Source: an uncultured Acidimicrobiia bacterium
GTDB taxonomy: Bacteria > Acidobacteriota > Terriglobia > Versatilivoradales > Versatilivoraceae
Assembly: GCA_963786955.1 (NCBI GenBank)
Contig: CAWBAT010000008.1
Location: 32,001 to 96,000 of the forward strand
Length of the DNA: 64,000 bases
Direction of reading: 5' to 3'
Below, piece by piece: positions 41,461-51,374 of this stretch. Each line of letters starts with the position of its first letter. The first letter of the stretch is position 1. The translations under genes were made by a program, and so were the position numbers. The notes beneath the pieces were generated by a model. The model was not told where the DNA came from. It saw only the letters and a program-made list of their open reading frames with translations, and did no database searches.

Positions 41461-41997
41461 GGTAGCCTCCTTTCCTTTTTGTGAACGGATAGTATAAATT
41501 TACCGGCCTTCCGGCTTCATCTAGCAGAGTGAAGTCTCCCTAACCCGCCCCGTCTGGCCTCCTTTTCCTTCGCAGGGAGCGGATTTAACTTCTATATAAG
41601 AATGCGTAGAAGAATCTAAAAAACTGGCAAGTCGTGAAAATATTTTTGACGGGGAATATGACATCTGCCCGCTTTGACATGGAAAGATAGGGCAGTCATT
41701 GAGTTAGGCCAGTCTTCTCGAAACGTCTGTTTTTGTCGTGTATCCGGTGAACGCATGTTGCTGCCCAATGGACCTGCCATTAACTGAGGAGATTGCGTAG
41801 AGGGGGGTAACTTTTTTATTTTTGGTTGATTTTTGTGGTTGCATGTGTTTGCTAGCGGGAATAGACTAAATTAAATATGGGTAGCACCTGAAGCAGGTCT
41901 CCCAGGTTTCATTTCATTCCGCAAGCATTCCACTCACTTCAGGTTTTTGAAGATCTACACCTATACCCCAGGGCTTCTTCCTTCTAAGGGAGGCTCC

Positions 41998-42633
41998 ATG
42001 GCGAAAGCGTCACCTCAAGAAGTCACACAACTACTCGAAGCCTGGGGTCATGGAGATCAAAAGGCTCTCGGGCAACTCATCCCCGTAGTTTATAAAGAGC
42101 TGCACCGGCTGGCTCACCGTTTTATGAGTCTGGAGCACTCGGGCCCACCGCTGCAGACCACCGAACTGGTCGACGAAGCTTACCTCCGACTCGTTCGGGC
42201 CCAGCAAGTCCCCTGGCAGAACCGGACACACTTTTTGGCAATCGCGGCCCGTCTCATGCGGCAGGTGCTGGTCGACCAAGCCCGGACACGTTACTCCCTT
42301 AAGGGCGGAGGTGCGGTCCAACACATTCCCCTGGACGAGAAGTTTGAGCTTCCTGAGGAGAAGAGCGCGGATCTGTCAGCATTGGATGAGGTTCTGAAAG
42401 CTCTGGCCGTCTTTGATGAGCGCAAAAGTCAGGTCGTAGAGCTCCGTTTCTTTGGGGGGCTCACGATTGAGGAGACAGCGGAGGTCTTAAAGGTTTCCCC
42501 CGATACGGTCATGCGAGACTGGAACGTGGCCAGGTTATGGCTCTACCGGGAGCTTTCACAAACAAGAGACCAGATGGCGATGCGCAATTTGCTTCCCTTC
42601 AAGGATGGGGAAGCGAAGAGCATCAAGGAATAA
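41998..42633 (+). CDS. ECF sigma-70 factor, kinase-associated type
   Basis: EVTQLLEAW..GD, VYKELHRLA, LQTTELVDEAYLRL, MRQVLVDQAR, VVELRFFGGLTIEETAEVL, TVMRDW. Confidence 0.92.
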   Translation: MAKASPQEVTQLLEAWGHGDQKALGQLIPVVYKELHRLAHRFMSLEHSGPPLQTTELVDEAYLRLVRAQQVPWQNRTHFLAIAARLMRQVLVDQARTRYSLKGGGAVQHIPLDEKFELPEEKSADLSALDEVLKALAVFDERKSQVVELRFFGGLTIEETAEVLKVSPDTVMRDWNVARLWLYRELSQTRDQMAMRNLLPFKDGEAKSIKE

Positions 42634-42750
42634 ATGGGAGGAGATGGTATGGCGGACCTTATGGTATAAGGCCTGCGGCGTTTCCTATACACTCACATCT
42701 CAATCGTGCTGAAAAAACGGAAAGCCTGACGTCAGAGTGGGAGGAAAACG

Positions 42751-45700
42751 GTGGAGCAAAACCGTTGGCAGCATATCAGCCAGGTTTTGGAAGCTAGCCT
42801 GGAGCATGAAACGGGCAGTCGAGCCCAGTTTCTCGCTGAAGCCTGTGGTGGGGATGAGGAATTGCGCCGAGAAATAGACTCGCTGCTCGCTTTCGAGCCG
42901 GAGCTCAAACATTTTCTCGAAACACCGGTACTGGAGCAGATATCTCAGTCTCAGACTGCCAAACCAGAACCTTCGCTGGTAGGTCAACAAATCGGTATCT
43001 ACAAAATAGTTTCACAACTCGGAGTCGGCGGCATGGGAGAGGTGTATCGTGCGCTCGACACCCGGTTAGGCCGGACGGTAGCGCTCAAGATTTTGCCCGC
43101 AGAAGTGGCACAAGATCAAAACCGAATGCGGCAGTTCATTCGGGAGGCAAGGGCAGCCTCCGCATTGAATCACTCTAACATTTGCACCATTCATCACGTC
43201 GGAGAGTCGATTGGAATCCACTTTATTGTCATGGAATATGTCGAGGGAGAGACGCTGGCGCAACAAATGGAGGAGAGACGTAGTCCAATCGTCTCAAGAA
43301 AGTCGCCATCACATCCTCAAGAAATAAAGTCTGCTGAGGGAAAGCCACTGGAAAAACGCCAGCTAAGGTTAGTGGAAACTTCCGAAATTCTCGACTTGGG
43401 CATTCAGGTCGCGGATGCCCTCGAAGAAGCCCACAGCAAAGGAATCACCCATCGAGATATCAAGCCTGGCAATATCATGCTCACGCCGCGAAGGCTGGTG
43501 AAAGTCCTGGATTTTGGACTCGCCAAGATGACTCGAAAGGAAGGGGAGACGACGAGGATTGACTTGAAAACGCCAACGCGGGTAGAACCCGGGCTCATCC
43601 GGGGTACGGTCTCGTACATGAGCCCGGAGCAGGTGTTAGGCAGGGAGGTAGACTATCGCTCGGACCTCTTCAGTTTAGGGGCCGTGTTGTACGAGATGGC
43701 AACGGGACGGTTACCGTTTGCAGGAACGACGAGCACTGAAACGATGGACATGATCCTGCATGCGCAACCAGAACCCATCGCGAAATTCCGTCATGATCTG
43801 CCAGCTGAATTGGTCCGGATCATCAAGAAATTGCTTGAAAAGAACAGGGAGCGACGCTACCAGTCGGCACGGGAGATTGGAGTCGATCTAAGAAACCTGA
43901 AGCGGGACAGCAATTCGGGGCTCAAGGCGTTTTCACTTCTATCTGGAAGATATGTTCCTGTATCCCTCAGAACCCGCAATTCCGCACTGCGCGTCGGAAT
44001 ACCAGTAATCTTTCTACTTCTTATCGGTGCAATGTTGTGGTCCTACTATTCTTCCAATCTGCGAGAAAAATCCGCGCCTCGACTAAGAGCGTTCGAATTT
44101 ACAGGCTACCCGGGAGTTGAAGGTAGTCCAGCTTTTTCTCCCGATGGCAAACAGGTCGCGTTTTCATGGGATAGCGCAAAGCGGGACAACTTTGATATTT
44201 ATGTTCGGTATCTTGATGAAGTGGTCCCCCAACGACTAACGAATCACCCGGATATTGAGTATTTCCCTGCCTGGTCTCCCGACGGCCAGTGGATCGCCTT
44301 TCGCCGCTTGACCTCTGGAGGCTCAGACATTGTCGTGATGTCGGCACGCGGTGGCAAAGAGCGTTTGATTGCCTCGACTACTGTGAGATTGGATCATTTG
44401 TGGTACTTGCCCCTCAGCTGGACGAAGGATGGCAAGTTCATTATCGCGACGGACAAGACTAATCCTCAGGCACTCAATCACTGCATTTATCGCTTTCCCC
44501 TGGAAATGGGACGAAAAGAACAATTGACCTTCCCATTGCCCAATCAGGACGATATCTCTTCTGCTCTTTCGCCTGACGGGAAAATGCTGGCCTTCGCCAG
44601 AGGTCAGAACATCGGCGAAGCAGATATCTATCTGCTCTTCTTGGATCCATTAAAGTCTGGCAGAGAGCCGCAACGCCTCACTTCGGAGATGCAAGAAATT
44701 GAGGGCCTGGCTTGGGCACCAAATGGACAAACCATTATTTATTCTTCCAATCGAGGGGGTGCACTACGGACTCTTTGGAAGATATCGGCAAGAGGAGGGA
44801 ATCCTGAGCCTTTGATTGGAATTGGCGATGATGCTTACTTTCCGAGTGTAGCTGCAAGCGGCGATCGGCTCATCTATCAAAGATTGATCTTTAGCTCCAG
44901 CATTTGGCGCATCAAGGAGCTAGGTTCAAGGGCGAAACCCCAGCGGCATGAACACTCTGTAGAGCGTATGGTCAGCCCCAGCCAAAAGAATTTTGACCCC
45001 CAGTTTTCTCCAGACGGAAAGAAGATTGCATTTACGTCGGCCGTCAATTCGGGAATCTTTGATCTCTGGCTGAGTGACACCGATGGTTCGAGCCTGATGC
45101 AACTAACCCATTTGCGGTCAGTGACGACCTTCAGGCCTCGCTGGTCTCCAGACGGTACTCAAATCGCGTTTGCATCCTCCAAAGAAGGCAACCTGGATAT
45201 CTGGGTCGTGAGCGCAGCAGGAGGAGCACCCCGCCTCCTGACCAAGGAAAAGTCTATAGACACTCGACCGAGTTGGTCTAGGGATGGGCGATGGATTTAC
45301 TTTGCCTCCGATCGAGGCGGAGGATTTCAAGCCTGGAAAATCCCTTCTGAAGGTGGAACTGCTGTGCGGGTGACACGGAAGGGAGGATTCATGGCCTTGG
45401 AGTCTCCCGACGCACGTTGGGTTTATTACGACAAATCCGGGCAGGATGGGATCTGGAAAATCCCTGTCAACGGTGGAGAAGAGACTGAAGTGGTGAATGA
45501 AGCGAGGTCCGGCTTCTGGGCCATGGCAGATGAAGGTCTGTTCTTGCTCCATCCAGATACGAAAGAAGGTCCCAAAATAGAATTATTTCAATTTGCTACC
45601 CACAAGCTCGAGACTATCATGACTCTCCGCGACCACTTTGGACCCAGTACCCTATTCGACAACGGGTTAGACGTCACCGCGGATGGAAGCTGGATCATAT

Positions 45701-45756
45701 TTTCAATGATCGAGTTTCCCGAATCCAGTCTCGTGATGGTGGAAAACTTCCGCTGA
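42751..45756 (+). CDS. Ser/Thr protein kinase with TM helix and TolB-like (PD40) beta-propeller
   Basis: GVGGMGEVY, VALK, HRDIKPGN, DFGLAK, YMSPEQ; one TM segment; many PAFSPDG/WSPDG repeats. Confidence 0.93.
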   Translation: MEQNRWQHISQVLEASLEHETGSRAQFLAEACGGDEELRREIDSLLAFEPELKHFLETPVLEQISQSQTAKPEPSLVGQQIGIYKIVSQLGVGGMGEVYRALDTRLGRTVALKILPAEVAQDQNRMRQFIREARAASALNHSNICTIHHVGESIGIHFIVMEYVEGETLAQQMEERRSPIVSRKSPSHPQEIKSAEGKPLEKRQLRLVETSEILDLGIQVADALEEAHSKGITHRDIKPGNIMLTPRRLVKVLDFGLAKMTRKEGETTRIDLKTPTRVEPGLIRGTVSYMSPEQVLGREVDYRSDLFSLGAVLYEMATGRLPFAGTTSTETMDMILHAQPEPIAKFRHDLPAELVRIIKKLLEKNRERRYQSAREIGVDLRNLKRDSNSGLKAFSLLSGRYVPVSLRTRNSALRVGIPVIFLLLIGAMLWSYYSSNLREKSAPRLRAFEFTGYPGVEGSPAFSPDGKQVAFSWDSAKRDNFDIYVRYLDEVVPQRLTNHPDIEYFPAWSPDGQWIAFRRLTSGGSDIVVMSARGGKERLIASTTVRLDHLWYLPLSWTKDGKFIIATDKTNPQALNHCIYRFPLEMGRKEQLTFPLPNQDDISSALSPDGKMLAFARGQNIGEADIYLLFLDPLKSGREPQRLTSEMQEIEGLAWAPNGQTIIYSSNRGGALRTLWKISARGGNPEPLIGIGDDAYFPSVAASGDRLIYQRLIFSSSIWRIKELGSRAKPQRHEHSVERMVSPSQKNFDPQFSPDGKKIAFTSAVNSGIFDLWLSDTDGSSLMQLTHLRSVTTFRPRWSPDGTQIAFASSKEGNLDIWVVSAAGGAPRLLTKEKSIDTRPSWSRDGRWIYFASDRGGGFQAWKIPSEGGTAVRVTRKGGFMALESPDARWVYYDKSGQDGIWKIPVNGGEETEVVNEARSGFWAMADEGLFLLHPDTKEGPKIELFQFATHKLETIMTLRDHFGPSTLFDNGLDVTADGSWIIFSMIEFPESSLVMVENFR

Positions 45757-45900
45757 TCCCATCGCGCACCAGATTGTGACGCAGTCGATCCTGTGACCTA
45801 ACTCGCTCCTTTGCATGACAATCACTGAAAAAAAACTTAAACAGCTCGTCTCTGCTGACGAGCAAAAGCTCCTCGCCCCCGGTCAAACTGTGCCGGATTA

Positions 45901-45965
45901 CGGTCTCGCAGGAGCTCGACCATCGGAATTTACTCGCCTGGAGGGCGGAGCTCTGCGAAGCCGCG
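45901..45965. repeat. GGAG-type REP-like pair
   Basis: TGGAGGGCGGAGCT at 45939 is identical to 47641-47654; a degenerate inverted partner lies at 45901-45924. Confidence 0.55.
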
Positions 45966-46172
45966 ATAACCCCATGAGTGATCCGGCCTCTATGAGAACT
46001 CAAATTAGGTCATTAATGTGCGGACTATGAGTTAAGATGTCCTTGTTGATTCTTATTTCACACCCAGCCAAATCGCGAGAGGATTATCGTAGTCGGATGA
46101 GCTGGAGCGGGTGCTTTGCAGTTGAAGCGGTTTCTAACGCCATACTTCGATTTGATAGCGGGGAGGAATGAT

Positions 46173-47510
46173 ATGGATTATCCTAAAATGTCGCGAAGAA
46201 ATTTCAACAAATCCGTAGCCATGGGAGCAGCCAGTCTGGCGATGTCGGCTGGACCGGCAGTCCGGAACGTGCTGGGAGCCAACGACCGCATAGGCGTGGG
46301 CCTGATTGGGTCAGGTGGTCAAGGGTCATACAATTTGCGGTCTTTTGTAAAAACCGGTCAGGTGGACGTCGTGGCTCTTGCCGATGTGAATGACCTTCCC
46401 CTCAATAATGCCCTGGCAAGCTTGAATCTGCCGGCAGGGAAGGTGAAAAGCTATAAGGACTTTCGAAAGCTTTTAGAGATCAAAGAAATTGATGCGGTGA
46501 TTGTGGCGACTCCCGAGCATTGGCATGCCATCCCCATGATCATGGCCTGCCAAGCGGGAAAAGATGTGTACGTGGAGAAGCCGACTTCGCACACGATCGT
46601 CGAAGGGCGGAGGATGGTGGAGGCGGCCAACAAATATAATCGTGTAGTGCAATGCGGGACACAACAACGGTCTGGAGAGCACTTTCAGAAGGTCACAGAA
46701 ATGATCCGTAACGGTAGAATCGGCAGGATAACGGCGGCGGAGACTTGGGTATTGAGCAAGACGTCGAATCAGCCCCAAGCACAAACAGCCGTAGAAGATA
46801 GTGATCCTCCGCCGGGCTTGGACTGGGACATGTGGCTGGGGCCAGCACCCTATCATCATTACAACCGGAACCGCCACAAGAGCTGGAGTCGTTATTGGGA
46901 GACCGGGGGCGGCGAGATTACCAACTGGGCGCCTCACTTGCTTGATATTATCCAATGGGGAATCGCAGTCGACGCTCCTCGAACGATTGCGGTTTCTGGA
47001 GGCCAGTATCTGACTTCGGGAATCGTTGATACTCCCGACACGGTAGAAGCGATCTACGAATATCCAGGGACCCCAGTCAACGCGAACGGACTTCTGGTGA
47101 AGTTCTATAACCGGGCTGGCCGCGGGCCAGACGGGCATGCTTACGGCATGGAGTTCTACGGCACCGAGGGGACCCTCTTCGTGGACCGGGAAGGCTATAC
47201 GATCTGGCCCATGGATTTGATTCACGACGGCTGGGAAACTTTCGGCCCCACCGCTGTCGTGACTGGAGATGGAACGGCACAACACCAGCCGCACGTCGAA
47301 AACTTCCTGGAGTGTATGCGGTCAAGGAAGAAGCCGAATTCGGACATCGAAACAACACACCGAGCGACCAGCGCATGCATTATTGGGAACATTTCCTACC
47401 AACTGGGCAGGAAACTTCAATGGGACCGCGAAAAAGAGCAGTTTGTGAACGACCCGGAGGCCAACAAGAAGCTGACGAAGGAATATCGAAAACCGTGGAC
47501 TATCAATTAA
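46173..47510 (+). CDS. Gfo/Idh/MocA oxidoreductase with Tat signal
   Basis: SRRNF signal; GANDRIGVGLIGSGGQG, VATPEHWH, DVYVEKP, LDWDMWLGPAP. Confidence 0.92.
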   Translation: MDYPKMSRRNFNKSVAMGAASLAMSAGPAVRNVLGANDRIGVGLIGSGGQGSYNLRSFVKTGQVDVVALADVNDLPLNNALASLNLPAGKVKSYKDFRKLLEIKEIDAVIVATPEHWHAIPMIMACQAGKDVYVEKPTSHTIVEGRRMVEAANKYNRVVQCGTQQRSGEHFQKVTEMIRNGRIGRITAAETWVLSKTSNQPQAQTAVEDSDPPPGLDWDMWLGPAPYHHYNRNRHKSWSRYWETGGGEITNWAPHLLDIIQWGIAVDAPRTIAVSGGQYLTSGIVDTPDTVEAIYEYPGTPVNANGLLVKFYNRAGRGPDGHAYGMEFYGTEGTLFVDREGYTIWPMDLIHDGWETFGPTAVVTGDGTAQHQPHVENFLECMRSRKKPNSDIETTHRATSACIIGNISYQLGRKLQWDREKEQFVNDPEANKKLTKEYRKPWTIN

Positions 47511-47640
47511 ATTAATGAAAGACCACGGACGTGATTTAGCGTTTCTCGTTGTGAGCCGGCCGTAAAACCACAGGGCATCCTGATTCTGCTAGAGCTGCAC
47601 TCGGACGACAGAATCAGATCCTCTTGAGATGCGACAACAT

Positions 47641-48060
47641 TGGAGGGCGGAGCTTGGCGCCGCCGCGTTCAGGTGGAGCGGGCGCGTGGGACCGCCGTCC
47701 CCGCGCGCACGCTTAATGAACACGCGACGGAGCGTGCGTCCCATCATTGATTTCCAGCCTCGTAAGATTCGGCCCTCCAGGACAGACAATGAGTTGACGG
47801 TGCCCCCTTGCCCAACGCGGGAGAAAGTAAATGTATTCGGCGCCCCTCTCACCAGCGCGGGAGAGCGGTTGGGGGGGACCCCTAAAGAAGACTCATTTGT
47901 CATTGTTCACGGTTCATTTCTCATTTTCCATTGAGACGCTTAAATAAAAGATGGCCAATGAGAATTGACCAATGACAAATAAGATTGTTGCAAACAGGAA
48001 AGACTCACTCCTAAAGGTTGACTCCTTTATTCCCCTCCGCTGGAGGGGTGAAGGGGTGGG
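47641..48060. repeat. Cluster of several short repeat families
   Basis: A GGAG-type doublet (47641-47779) encloses an inverted GTGG-type element (47671-47744). Then CCCTCTC..GGGAGAG hairpins, inverted CATTTGT-type heptamer arrays (47894-47980), and ATTCCCCTCCGCTGGAGGG (48029-48047, also at 23603-23621). Confidence 0.7.
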
Positions 48061-48193
48061 TTAGCTGAAGATGTCGTTCTACCAGATTTCGTCAAAGCTT
48101 TGATGAAGCGCAATACTCGCGAGGCTTTTGCAATTTCGGCTACAGGACAATTGCTCTGATAGCACGGGCACTTGCCAGAGAGGAAGATGAGCG

Positions 48194-49540
48194 ATGCATA
48201 ACCCCCCACCCCCCCGAAATTTGACTGGAGAGTCCGGCGTGGGATCCGGGCCTACAGATGCGCAGTGGCGGATCATTGCATTGCTTGTGATTTCGGTAGC
48301 CATGAATTACGTAGACCGTGGGAGCCTTTCGATTGCTGCGCCCGACCTCAACCGAGAATTTCATTTCCACCCTGCCCAAATGGGGGTGCTGTTTTCCGCG
48401 TTTTTTTGGTCCTATGCGGGCTTCATGGTAGTGGCTGGTTGGCTGGCTGACCGCCACCCAATCTCCCTGGTCTTAGGCGTGGGTTACCTGATCTGGTCCC
48501 TGGCCACTTTCGGAACCGGATTCGTCTCCAGTTTTCAGGCTCTCCTGATATTGCGAGTATTTCTTGGGCTAGGGGAGTCTGTGGCTTACCCAGTGTACTC
48601 AAAAATTATTGCTGAACAATTTCCCATCTCCCAGCGAGGTTTGCCGAACGCGCTCATCGATGCCGGAGCCAAAGTTGGCCCAGCGGTCGGTACAATGGTT
48701 GGAGGATTGATCGCGGCACGCTTCGGCTGGAGAATGATGTTTATTGTCCTCGGAATCTGCAGCCTGTTATGGCTCATCCCTTGGTGCCTGTGGGCTCCAC
48801 GCGGCAGGACAAGGACAGATGGAAATCACACACTAACGCCCAGTTCTCAACAATCTCCGGGAATTCTGCAGATTTGCCGACGTCGCGATGCCTGGGGCAC
48901 ATTTATTGGAAATTTCTGTGCGAACTATGCCTACTACTTTCTACTGACCTGGCTCCCCAGCTATCTCGTGACAGAGAGGAAGCTCTCCACGGGAATGATG
49001 GCAATATTAGCTTCGTTGCCATTTTGGGCGAGCGCCAGTTCCTCATTGTTCGGAGGGTGGGCGTCTGACCACTGGATCGCTCGAGGAGCGTCAGCCACAC
49101 GTGTACGAAAGACTTTTGTTGTGACCGGGCTCGTGTTGGGCACTCTCATTTTCCCGGCAGCGTTGGCTGCCGACTTGCGGGTTTCGATGGCGCTTTTAGT
49201 GGGGGCCTATGTTGCCTTCGGACTCTTCTCTTCAAACCACTGGGCCATTACCCAGACGCTAGCGGGTCCGCTGGCGGCGGGCAGATGGACAGGTCTCCAA
49301 AATGGCATCGCCAATTTATCCGGGGTAATTGCTCCCTACGTCACCGGCCTAATCATTGTGCAGACAGGAAATTATTATTGGGCTTTCGCGTCGGCATCAA
49401 TCATCTTGCTTATCGGCGCGTTCTGTTACCTTTTCGTAGTCCAGGAAGTCGCATCGGTAAAATGGCCAGTCCAGAAGGGACTGGCCGAAGACCTGATTCC
49501 CAAGCCCACGGGGGAAACGGCTGGTGGAGGTTTGACTTGA
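48194..49540 (+). CDS. MFS transporter, anion:cation symporter (sugar-acid) type
   Basis: NYVDRGSLSIAAP, SAFFWSY, GWLADR, RVFLGLGES, FGWR, LTWLPSYLV. Confidence 0.9.
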   Translation: MHNPPPPRNLTGESGVGSGPTDAQWRIIALLVISVAMNYVDRGSLSIAAPDLNREFHFHPAQMGVLFSAFFWSYAGFMVVAGWLADRHPISLVLGVGYLIWSLATFGTGFVSSFQALLILRVFLGLGESVAYPVYSKIIAEQFPISQRGLPNALIDAGAKVGPAVGTMVGGLIAARFGWRMMFIVLGICSLLWLIPWCLWAPRGRTRTDGNHTLTPSSQQSPGILQICRRRDAWGTFIGNFCANYAYYFLLTWLPSYLVTERKLSTGMMAILASLPFWASASSSLFGGWASDHWIARGASATRVRKTFVVTGLVLGTLIFPAALAADLRVSMALLVGAYVAFGLFSSNHWAITQTLAGPLAAGRWTGLQNGIANLSGVIAPYVTGLIIVQTGNYYWAFASASIILLIGAFCYLFVVQEVASVKWPVQKGLAEDLIPKPTGETAGGGLT

Positions 49541-49659
49541 TGAGGTTTTAGCGGCAGTGGAACAGAGAGTCAACGTGTCCTGAGATTCGGATCACGCTCG
49601 AATCAAAGACAAGAATCGGCCCGGTTCATGTCGGCTCGTCAATGGAATATCTTGGCAAA

Positions 49660-50843
49660 TTAGACTTTGGCATCGACAGTTATTGCTCGCACCTCTTGCC
49701 AGCTCCCACTCTGCCAGGAACGTTGAAGAGCGGCTTGTACCTTAGCAACCTCGAGAGAATCAGCAAATCCAGGCTCCCCTTGCTTGCCCTCCGCGATCGA
49801 CGTCAGAAATTGGAATGCTTCGATGGTCTTTAGATCCTCGTAACTCAGCCCAATGCCGGGGCCCGGGTTGAAGCGGAGATGGAAAGGATGCTCGGGACTG
49901 CTGAGGACCCGCACATAACCTCCTGAGGCATTGTCCCCACCTGCGAACGAGACTTGCAATTCATTCATTCGTTCGAAATCCCAACTCAGGGCTCCATTCG
50001 TTCCGTGAACTTCAAATGCCATCTGACACTGCGGGCCTTTGATAATTCGGCAGGCCTCCAGCGTGCCATGCGCACCGTTTGTGAAGCGGACCAGGGCTCC
50101 GGCATAATCTTCATTGGTTACGTTCCCCTTGGGACCGTCGCCCCCCAGGCTGAAATGAGTGCCTACCCCGGGTATGGGGAGAGGTCGCTCCGTAATGAAA
50201 GTCTCGGCATTCCCCACGACGCGTTGAATTGGCCCGGCGATCATGTGAGCCATATCGATGACGTGTGACAATAAGTCTCCACTGGCGCCTAAGCCGCCCA
50301 ATTCCTGTTGAAAACGCCACGACAGGACTCCTTGCGGGTTGGTTGCGTATCCAGCAAAGAAACGTCCGCGGTAATGAGTGAGCTTTCCGAGCCGCCCGTC
50401 CTGTATAAGATTCCGGGCATATTGCACCAGGGGCGCCCAACGATAGTTGTAACCGACAAAGGTGAGGACTCCGGCTTAGCGGGCCGCCTGTTCGATGGCG
50501 GCGGTCTCCTCGGGGCTCCTGCCCACCGGCTTCTCGCAAAAAATATGTTTGCCGGCTTTTGCGCTCGCCTTGCCATTTCCAAATGGAAAAAATTGGGAGA
50601 AGCAATATTAATCACTTCGATTTCCGGGTCGTTAACCACGGACAGCCATTCGGTCGTACAGCGCTCAAAGCCCAGTCGATCCCGGGCGTCCTGGGTCCTT
50701 GACTTTACATCGTCGGCGCAGGCAATGAGACGCGGTTGGAGAGCGCAGTCTGGAAAACGTTCCGCGATTTGACGGTAGGAACGACTATGCTGGACACCCA
50801 TCCAACCCATTCCGATGACACCGATTCCGATACTGCGTGGCAT
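49660..50843 (-). pseudogene. Gfo/Idh/MocA oxidoreductase (myo-inositol/levoglucosan dehydrogenase-like), disrupted
   Basis: GVIGMGWMG..HLEMAR, then a frame change near 50568 to [14 protein letters not shown], then an in-frame TAA (50476-50478) before [15 protein letters not shown]. About 394 aa if repaired. Confidence 0.8.
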
Positions 50844-51374
50844 CCCTGAAGCTCCCCCTTTCTCAGAAAACCAGCTCGATCAATAAGAATCTTTAATCTG
50901 CAATTCGAAGCGTATTTACGACCCAGACGGCCAGATGCATTGCGCGCGATATCGTACATCGTAACAGGCGCCGTCTGTCAACACATGTGTATCCCTACCC
51001 ACCCAGTTGGGATTGAAACTATAAAGAATCGAACAATCAGATGATTCTGTTCATGAGGGCATTTAGGGCAGTTCAATTGAACGTAGTGAGATGAGCCAAT
51101 GGTCTAGAACCTTTGCTCACTGGTATACGCCCGATGCAGGTCTGCGAGGTTAGAGAGGAAGCCGGTGAGGTCAGCTAAGTTTTGTGATGTCTGGTCTCGG
51201 AATGGCCTTCGACAGTCATTGGCAAACGGAGCTACTCAATCACTAGGGTTTGTCCTTTGATTGCAACAATAGGGTCCGGGTCTTACGAGAAAGTCAGCGG
51301 TTGAACTAAAGCAAGGGCTTCCCGTCGAAGCTGATCGATTTTGACCCGGAGTAAGTTGCATTCTCGCTCTTCGA

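Noticed and set aside
47589-47934. Opposing ORFs of about 100 aa, one sharing a peptide with ORF 29980-30312
   Set aside because: The similarity comes from translating the same DNA repeat, not from a protein family.
50476-50478. In-frame stop as possible recoding (Sec/Pyl or alternative code)
   Set aside because: The codon is TAA, which terminates many other genes here, and a frameshift lies nearby.
50989-51019. GTATCCCTACCCACCCAGTTGGGATTGAAAC resembles a CRISPR repeat (ATTGAAAC end)
   Set aside because: Only one copy. The next look-alike (CAGTTCAATTGAAC, about 63 nt on) is too weak, and there are no cas genes. At most an orphan relic.
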